A DNA stretch of 64,000 nt from the IMG/VR virus record IMGVR_UViG_3300045988_183789. One strand, 5' to 3'. Below are positions 58,112 to 64,000 of the stretch, one piece after another. The notes beneath the pieces are model-generated. The model had not been told where the DNA came from, searched no databases, and saw nothing but the letters and a program-made list of their open reading frames with translations. Within the stretch, counting starts at the first letter, position 1; each line of letters opens with the position of its first letter. The stretch is from a virus. Position numbers and translations under genes: made by a program.

Positions 58112-58785
58112 GAAAGCCGCTTTTGATTATTCCGGCGCTTGCTGTTGCCTTGACTGCCTGCTATCCCGTCAGCACGCTGCCCGCCGATTTCCCTGTGGCA
58201 ACGGCTGAAAGCAGCGAAACGCTAGGCCTTCCAGCTCAAACCAGTATGGAAACAGAACCGGTGCGAGGCGAGAACAATAACCTTATCGCTCTCGGCGACT
58301 GGGGAACAGTTTCAAATGGCTCTTTGACCGATGGGCGATGGCATGACATTGAAATGCGCATCACTAAAATCACTACCGAAACAGAAAATGAAGATTACAT
58401 CAGCAACACCATTGCGCTCAGTAATTCTCTTTCTGTACTGCGAACTGAAGAATCAGCTCTTGATAAGCTGCGAGATGGCATCGAAGACCCGGAACTCGTA
58501 GTGGTGGATTACGAAGTGAAGCTGCCGGAAGATTACCCATGTGACGGCAATGCGGATGTGAGTCTTTGCGTGGTTGATGATGCAGGTGAGCATCAGATTA
58601 TCAAACTGCTGACTACAGCTGACAGCGATATGACGCCTGGTCTGACATACGCAAAGCGCGGCATCTATGTTCGCACAAAGTGCGATACCAACTACACATT
58701 CAAAAGCGTTCGGTATCTGAACGAAGCTGATATTGAGGCGAGAGCCGCGAGAGCTGACACAGACACCTACTTTGCAAATAAATAA
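58108..58785 (+). CDS. Lipoprotein
   Basis: Signal peptide with lipobox LTAC. Confidence 0.55.
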   Translation: MRKPLLIIPALAVALTACYPVSTLPADFPVATAESSETLGLPAQTSMETEPVRGENNNLIALGDWGTVSNGSLTDGRWHDIEMRITKITTETENEDYISNTIALSNSLSVLRTEESALDKLRDGIEDPELVVVDYEVKLPEDYPCDGNADVSLCVVDDAGEHQIIKLLTTADSDMTPGLTYAKRGIYVRTKCDTNYTFKSVRYLNEADIEARAARADTDTYFANK

Positions 58786-58842
58786 CAAAGAATCAAGACC
58801 TGCCGTTTGGTGGGTCTTTTCATTTATAGAGGTAAATAAACC

Positions 58843-59754
58843 ATGAATGATAACAACCGCATGCTCCTTCGCTATGTAGCAGAAGGCGACATTCGCAAAG
58901 CACAGATGCAAGCAAAAATCATTCTGAACAGTATCACCGCTGCGAGGGATGAGCAATTCAAGACGAACTGCCTGGCAAAGCTCAATAATGCTGAACCGCG
59001 ATTCATTGAATTGCCGTTCAACATGCAGGGTCTTTTGGTGGCAGAAGATGTATCTGATTTCCCGGAGCAGAGATTCCTGATTCGTGAATCGGAGAAAGCA
59101 GTCATCGAAAAGATTCTCAAAACGAGAAAAGCGTCCCTCAAACTCAAAGAAATGGGCGTTCACTATACCAGTTCTTTGCTCCTGAGCGGTGAGCCTGGAA
59201 CTGGTAAAACCGAACTGGCAAGATACATTGCCCACAAAGCAGACCTGCCGTTCGTATATCTCAAATTTTCCGGTCTTATCAGCTCGGCTCTTGGCAAGAC
59301 ACAGCAGAACATTGGTCTGGTCTTTGACTATGCTAGACGCAGCCCCTGTGTGTTGTGCCTCGACGAAATCGATGCTATCGGTATGAAGCGCGGCGGCAGA
59401 GACGATGTAGCAGAGATGAGCCGCGTGACGATTGCTCTGATGCAGGAACTTGACCGGCTGCCCAATGACGTTATTCTTATCGGAACCACGAACAGGGAAG
59501 ACCAGCTTGACGCTGCACTGTTCCGTCGGTTCAGCTTCCTTCATCGTGTTCGCATGCTGGATACTCAGTCTGCGCATGACTTATGCGAGAAGTTCTTCAT
59601 TTCGGTTGGCTATACAGCGAGCAAGAAAGAAATTGAAGACCTGCTCTCTCACATTGACCACAATTATACGCCCAGCAATGTAACGAAAGCTTGCACGGAC
59701 CATATTGTGAGTTGGGTCATCGAACAACAGGAAAAGGAGGGCCAGGATGCGTGA
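58843..59754 (+). CDS. AAA+ ATPase
   Basis: Walker A GEPGTGKTE, Walker B VLCLDEIDA, sensor-1 IGTTN and an Arg finger region. Confidence 0.7.
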   Translation: MNDNNRMLLRYVAEGDIRKAQMQAKIILNSITAARDEQFKTNCLAKLNNAEPRFIELPFNMQGLLVAEDVSDFPEQRFLIRESEKAVIEKILKTRKASLKLKEMGVHYTSSLLLSGEPGTGKTELARYIAHKADLPFVYLKFSGLISSALGKTQQNIGLVFDYARRSPCVLCLDEIDAIGMKRGGRDDVAEMSRVTIALMQELDRLPNDVILIGTTNREDQLDAALFRRFSFLHRVRMLDTQSAHDLCEKFFISVGYTASKKEIEDLLSHIDHNYTPSNVTKACTDHIVSWVIEQQEKEGQDA

Positions 59755-60487
59755 ATTTGAGATTAAGTTCTATGAACCCCGTGGCACAGTGGCAGAGGAA
59801 CATCCTGAAATTGCTGCCATGTGGCACCCGACTGCCAATGACTGTGGTCCTGATGAAATCACGTGCGGAAGCGGTCGTCGCATTGCCTTGATTTGTCCTC
59901 GGTGTGGATACGGCGAAAATGGGGAATGGCGGCCGGTGCTTTCTTCTGTCTGTCGTACAAGAGGCGGCTGTCCGGTTTGTGCTGGACGAATCGTGGTCAA
60001 AGGCGTGAATGATGTAGCCACAGTTCATCATGAAATTGCCGAACAGTGGCATCCAACACTAAATACCATTAAGCCCGACCAAATCACATCCGGCAGCGGT
60101 CTGCATGTCTATCTTGTCTGCAAGACCTGCGGCTATGGTCAAAATGGCGAGTGGCATCCGCTCCTGGCTTTCGCTTGCGGTAGTGGCGTGAATCATACCG
60201 GCTGTCCGCAATGCGCCAGATTAAGGACTTCTCATAGCAGAATGAAGCGGATTCGTAAATGCACGACGAAGCCTATCATCAGCGTTGGATACCCTCAGAT
60301 TGCAGCTATGTGGCATCCGACCGCCAATAAGTTTCGGCCCGATGAACTGACCGCCGGAAGCGGTGAACGCATTGCTTTGGTATGTCCCGATTGCGGCTAT
60401 GGCAAGGACGGAGAATGGACGCCGTTGCTCTTTACCGTATGCAAGTATGGTCCTAAGTGCCCCGCCTGCCGCAAAGTGCGGAGGTGA
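59747..60487 (+). CDS. Protein with three tandem zinc-ribbon repeats (DUF4379-like WHPT...N motif)
   Basis: Three ~80-aa repeats, each (M/Q)WHPT.N ... GSG ... C..CGYG.(N/D)GEW ... C..C. RBS AAGGAGGG. Confidence 0.6.
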   Translation: MREFEIKFYEPRGTVAEEHPEIAAMWHPTANDCGPDEITCGSGRRIALICPRCGYGENGEWRPVLSSVCRTRGGCPVCAGRIVVKGVNDVATVHHEIAEQWHPTLNTIKPDQITSGSGLHVYLVCKTCGYGQNGEWHPLLAFACGSGVNHTGCPQCARLRTSHSRMKRIRKCTTKPIISVGYPQIAAMWHPTANKFRPDELTAGSGERIALVCPDCGYGKDGEWTPLLFTVCKYGPKCPACRKVRR

Positions 60488-60493
60488 TACCTC

Positions 60494-61168
60494 TTGGCTT
60501 ACAATATGAAAGACCAGCTTGCAGTCGGAAAACTTGGAGAACAGGTGGCGATTGACTATGTAAAAAAGAGCTGCGAATTGGGAAGGTTGAGCTTTGAGAG
60601 CTACGAAGATGTGCGAAACATCAAAGCGTATCAAGAACAGGATATTGACTTCCTGATTCATCGCAAGGATGGCCGCACAGTGACACTCGACGCCAAAACG
60701 GATACATACACTACCGGCAACATCTTCCTGGAACAGGCCGTTGACTCTTATCTATTTGACGCGAATGGCAATGTCATCAACTGCAATTCTATCACCAATG
60801 AGTCAACACTTCATCACTCGGATGGGTGGCTATACAAAAACGCCAACTGCATCTTCTATTACTTCTCAAGCACCAAAATGCTATATGTATTTCATCGAGT
60901 AAATGCAGCGCTCTATGCCACAGAACTGCTCGATGCGGGATACAAATTAAAGCAGGAAAAACGCCCCTTTCCTCGTGCTGCTGAAAACCACGAAAAAGGC
61001 CGACCTCTTACGAAATACTACGGCATAGGGCTGCTTTTACCGGCCGAGCAGATGCTGTATTCTGAACGGATGCAGGGACACATGTGGAAGTGGAGAGTCG
61101 AACAAGATAAGACTGGACATTTCAGGTTCATTCCTGTAAAAACGCGTAAGTTTGTTAAGAATCTATGA
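60494..61168 (+). CDS. PD-(D/E)XK-nuclease-like protein
   Basis: TTG start after GGAGGTGA. GEQVAIDY ... DIDFLIHR ... VTLDAKTD fits the E ... D ... (D/E)xK architecture. Confidence 0.45.
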   Translation: MAYNMKDQLAVGKLGEQVAIDYVKKSCELGRLSFESYEDVRNIKAYQEQDIDFLIHRKDGRTVTLDAKTDTYTTGNIFLEQAVDSYLFDANGNVINCNSITNESTLHHSDGWLYKNANCIFYYFSSTKMLYVFHRVNAALYATELLDAGYKLKQEKRPFPRAAENHEKGRPLTKYYGIGLLLPAEQMLYSERMQGHMWKWRVEQDKTGHFRFIPVKTRKFVKNL

Positions 61169-61244
61169 ATCATTGGCCTACACAGTACGAGTCGGAACTC
61201 GAAAAATGGTATAATATAGACAGTTCAAGAGAGGAGCAAAAGCA

Positions 61245-61688
61245 ATGAATGTTGTTGGTGTGGTTACGCTCGGAAAGCTCATTGAAGCGCATCGAGACAG
61301 TGACGAACAGAAGTTCAAGACCTACGTTGAGTTCATTGCCGAAGCCTATGAACAGCAGGGAAATGACCGTGGCGCTCGCATCATCCGCAACTCCTATACA
61401 GGCGGCGGCAAGGATACCGCAAAGGTCATCCTGGACGCAGCCTCCCCCGACGAACAGGATGTGGCGGTCTACTACGAGACCGGTTACTATGAGCTGGATG
61501 TCATGGGTTCCGGTGGGTCTTATCATGGTGTCACTACGACAAACTCCGCCGCTGAGGCCATGCGCCGACTTGATACCAATGCCGCCAACTATATCCAGCG
61601 CGTGACGCTGTATAAAAAGGACGGTAAGGTTACGAAAAAAGAAGTGGCCGAGTACGACCCGATAGCAAAGGAATGGAGAAACATCTGA
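61245..61688 (+). CDS. Hypothetical protein
   Basis: RBS GAGAGGAG. Confidence 0.45.
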   Translation: MNVVGVVTLGKLIEAHRDSDEQKFKTYVEFIAEAYEQQGNDRGARIIRNSYTGGGKDTAKVILDAASPDEQDVAVYYETGYYELDVMGSGGSYHGVTTTNSAAEAMRRLDTNAANYIQRVTLYKKDGKVTKKEVAEYDPIAKEWRNI

Positions 61689-62359
61689 TGGACTGGCGAG
61701 TATTTCCCATCAAAGCAGTTCTGAAGCTCCTCAACGACAGGTTTGTGCTGGAACGGGTCACGGTCAAGTGGGACGATGAGACCTACGGCAAGAGTGAAGG
61801 CACGCGTTTTGTACTCTGCCACCGTGAGGAAGTTGCGAGCATCGACCATATCAAGGTGTGCTCGTCCGGGTTCTTTCACGACACGTTCGTCTACTACGGC
61901 GACGGCTTGATGCTGAAGCTTTGGCAGGACAACCTGAATGTCGATGAAGAGCATGAGCGCTATTCGAGCAACAAATTGGTATCTCCACTGTTCTCTCTTT
62001 ACAGCGACAGTATCCCGGATGATTCGTTCATGCACCGCTGGCTCGTATTCCAGGGCATTACGGAAGCACAGCTTAACGAAATCGCTACCGTTCTTCTCAT
62101 TGACCCGATATACGCCTACGATGGCCTTGATAAAAAAGTCCTGAAAAGCGATGACGGGTATCCGACCATGATTCAGCAGGGTGGAACGGTCTACTTGAGT
62201 GAATCGGAAGTCATAAAAGCAGCATCTGCCATCGAAGACGACAACCTTCGCAACCGAGTGCTGAGCGTTCTCTGGTCAAGGAAACGTGTAGTCAAGGATG
62301 TCACGAAAGAGAGCCGAGACATTGCAGATGTCAGCGATTTGCAGCTTCGCAAAATATAG
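61688..62359 (+). CDS. Hypothetical protein
   Basis: ATG 9 nt after GGAG. Confidence 0.45.
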   Translation: MDWRVFPIKAVLKLLNDRFVLERVTVKWDDETYGKSEGTRFVLCHREEVASIDHIKVCSSGFFHDTFVYYGDGLMLKLWQDNLNVDEEHERYSSNKLVSPLFSLYSDSIPDDSFMHRWLVFQGITEAQLNEIATVLLIDPIYAYDGLDKKVLKSDDGYPTMIQQGGTVYLSESEVIKAASAIEDDNLRNRVLSVLWSRKRVVKDVTKESRDIADVSDLQLRKI

Positions 62360-62454
62360 AACGTGCTTCAAATAATCTGTATTGCCGAATCATGCGAACC
62401 GCGTATACTAAATAATACATTAGTCGTCAAGGTCTTGTGCCTTACGACTACCAC

Positions 62455-62530
62455 GCTTCTGTAGCTCAGATGGCAGAGCGGCTGTTTTGTAAGCAGCGGG
62501 TCGCAGGTTCGAGCCCTGTCGGAAGCTCCA
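62455..62530 (+). tRNA. tRNA-Thr (anticodon TGT)
   Basis: Cloverleaf folded by hand. Acceptor GCTTCTG / CGGAAGC, anticodon loop TTTGTAA, T-loop GGTTCGAGCCC, encoded CCA. Confidence 0.8.
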
Positions 62531-62631
62531 CTGGTTTTCATCGTTCCTCCGTTGAAATCCAAAATCCCGCTTGATGAATCGTAACTTCTTGATACGATGC
62601 TATACACACATCTTGCGGGCTATGTCACCAT

Positions 62632-62694
62632 AAGACAGCCTCCTCGCGGCGGTGACGGTAACACGGGTATTGAGCTCCCCGTGGCAAATGTCTT
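62632..62694 (+). other. Structured-element family copy 4
   Basis: AAGACAGCCTCCTCGCGGCGG ... GGCAAATGTCTT. Confidence 0.4.
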
Positions 62695-62700
62695 ATTTCT

Positions 62701-62776
62701 GGGTCGTTAGCTCAGTCGGCAGAGCGCTTGACTGTTAATCAAGATGTCACAGGTTCGAGCCCTGTACGACCCTCCA
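62701..62776 (+). tRNA. tRNA-Asn (anticodon GTT)
   Basis: Acceptor GGGTCGT / ACGACCC, anticodon loop CTGTTAA, T-loop GGTTCGAGCCC, encoded CCA. Confidence 0.8.
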
Positions 62777-62961
62777 TATACCGAATATCAAGTGTTGTAA
62801 GTGTCATCCCGACACACATCACAACTACTATAGTGCTACATACCCTCACTTGATAGACGGTAATAACAACCTCGGAGAATGTGCATTGTAGCTGCTTGCA
62901 GCACATCATACTACACCAGTATAGTTCTACACATCCTTGCGCAATCTCCGAGAATCCCTCA

Positions 62962-63029
62962 CAAGACAGCCTCCGCGTGGCGAGGGATGGACAACGCAAG
63001 TTTTGAAGGTTCTTGCGGCCAATGTCTTG
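62962..63029 (+). other. Structured-element family copy 5
   Basis: CAAGACAGCCTCCGCGTGGCGAGGGATGGACAAC ... GGCCAATGTCTTG. Confidence 0.4.
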
Positions 63030-63077
63030 TTATTGACACTTTGAAGGTTCTTGCGGCCAATGTCTTGTTATTGACAC
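63002..63077. repeat. 38-bp perfect tandem duplication abutting the tRNA-Met 5' end
   Basis: TTTGAAGGTTCTTGCGGCCAATGTCTTGTTATTGACAC x2. Confidence 0.8.
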
Positions 63078-63149
63078 GGGGTATAGCAATGGTAGCTTAC
63101 CAGCCTCATACGCTGGTGGTTGTGGGTTCAAGTCCCATCCCCGTATCCA
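63075..63149 (+). tRNA. tRNA-Met (anticodon CAT). C1-A72 mismatch suggests an initiator-type tRNA
   Basis: Acceptor CACGGGG / CCCCGTA with a C1/A72 mismatch, anticodon loop CTCATAC, T-loop GGTTCAAGTCC, encoded CCA. The anticodon stem lacks three consecutive G-C pairs, so initiator versus elongator is ambiguous. Confidence 0.7.
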
Positions 63150-63183
63150 TCGTCTCGGCCGCGACGCTAAATCGGTCATATAT

Positions 63184-63260
63184 GGCTCGTTAGTTCAGAT
63201 GGTTAGAACGCCAGCCTGTCACGCTGGAGGTCGCCGGTTCGAGTCCGGCACGAGTCGCCA
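63184..63260 (+). tRNA. tRNA-Asp (anticodon GTC)
   Basis: Acceptor GGCTCGT / ACGAGTC, anticodon loop CTGTCAC, T-loop GGTTCGAGTCC, encoded CCA. Confidence 0.8.
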
Positions 63261-63629
63261 CTGGGTGTAGTACAAGGGAACACGTCAATCGCGCGATAAG
63301 ACGTAATAGTGGAGTACAGGTGCGACGCGTAAGCACGGAACACGGTGGTGTGACACCACCCATCCAGAACACGTCCCGACACAGACGTTAAACAGGTCGA
63401 AATCTAACAGGGAGGGCACTCCGATGCAGAAGTAATTCTCGTCCGATTGTCAAAAATCCGAACAAAGGAGAACGCCTATGCACTAATTACGTCCGATAGG
63501 CCGCATAAGTGAAAGGGATAATCCGATGCACAGGTAAACCTGATGGCGGGCAGCTCCCGTCTTAAAACGTCACGATAGGTAGCGCCTATCAGGGCACGCC
63601 GGTTCTTATCGACGTGCCCTGCCACCCAT

Positions 63630-63690
63630 GAGACAGCCTCCACGCGGCGGGTGGTGGACAACGATTACTACAGTCGCTGACGAATGTTCT
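63630..63690 (+). other. Structured-element family copy 6
   Basis: GAGACAGCCTCCACGCGGCGGGTGGTGGACAAC. 3' boundary unclear. Confidence 0.3.
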
Positions 63691-63898
63691 CTACCCAATC
63701 TGGAGGGTAAACCAGAGAAAGTAAGCAACCTTTGGCCCAGGTCATGGCTTAAAACCGACCTACCCGTGTTGCAAAACGCCTTTGGACGTTCCCTCCGGGG
63801 TACGGCGTCGGCGGACGCTTAACGAACCCCCTCAAGCAGCAGGGAATACGCGGAAGCTGCTTGCGCGGACTGGTCCACACAATCCGCGTTACTGCTCA

Positions 63899-63970
63899 GA
63901 AGACAACCTCCTCGTGGTGAGCAGTGGGCAACATTGTTGCGGTCAATACCCGCGACATGGCTAAGTCTTC
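63899..63970 (+). other. Structured-element family copy 7
   Basis: GAAGACAACCTCCTCGTGGTGAGCAGTGGGCAAC ... GTCTTC. Confidence 0.35.
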
Positions 63971-64000
63971 AATCATGGGAATCGCATCACAACTCCCGGT

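Noticed and set aside
58453-59577. 374-aa minus-strand ORF antisense to the lipoprotein and AAA+ genes
   Set aside because: The + strand frame has canonical AAA+ motifs.
62368-63372. Short ORFs at 62368-62607, 62739-62999, 62879-63193 and 63190-63372
   Set aside because: They overlap hand-folded tRNA genes and structured spacers. There is no RBS, and the region is non-coding.
1-64000. CRISPR array search
   Set aside because: No regularly spaced 25-40-bp direct repeats with unique spacers were seen. The only arrays are the GCGTAGC 8-mers, with irregular spacing and no spacer logic, and a single 38-bp tandem duplication.

Overview
This 64 kb window is almost entirely co-directional (+ strand), densely packed genes with strong Shine-Dalgarno sites. 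It reads as part of a large conjugative element (plasmid or ICE) from a Firmicutes/Clostridia-type host. Positions 1-12.5 kb carry type IV secretion components: a membrane-anchored M23 peptidase, a lipoprotein, a VirD4/TraG-like coupling ATPase, a VirB3-like membrane protein and a VirB4-like ATPase. Positions 12.5-62 kb form a long accessory/cargo region with many short operons. Recognisable cargo includes a secreted thioredoxin, two metallophosphoesterases, a Y-family DNA polymerase module with BlaI-like and XRE-like regulators, a DUF1273/YpsA (SLOG) protein, a flotillin, tandem membrane-anchored HNH proteins, a NADAR (YbiA-like) ADP-ribose hydrolase, a UvrD-like helicase, a DGQHR/ParB-like protein, a HAD hydrolase, a sortase-like protein, an MBL-fold lipoprotein, and a trio of AAA+ ATPase, triple zinc-ribbon protein and PD-(D/E)XK nuclease. 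The window ends with a tRNA cluster (Thr-TGT, Asn-GTT, Met-CAT, Asp-GTC) set among highly structured spacers. No integrase, relaxase or CRISPR array was recognised. Two non-coding signals are the most interesting. First, a promoter-like module recurs at least 11 times, always on the + strand in intergenic gaps: a -35 TTGnnn, a spacer carrying the fixed box TGTGCGAATTG, a -10 AnAATA and often a downstream ATTGTA. In at least 6 copies an intrinsic-terminator-like hairpin with a T-tract follows immediately, before the RBS of the next gene. This looks like a promoter-embedded antitermination (lambda-Q-like) regulon. Second, a ~60-70 nt element with a conserved core (AGACAGCCTCCnCGnGGCG ... GGnCAAC ... 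GGCAAAT) occurs 7 times. Its closing helix shows compensatory base changes between copies, so a conserved fold (structured RNA or ssDNA) is likely. Other points are a GCGTAGC direct-repeat array flanking the thioredoxin gene and paralogous gene pairs around the NADAR gene. All calls are from reading the sequence; no database search was possible.
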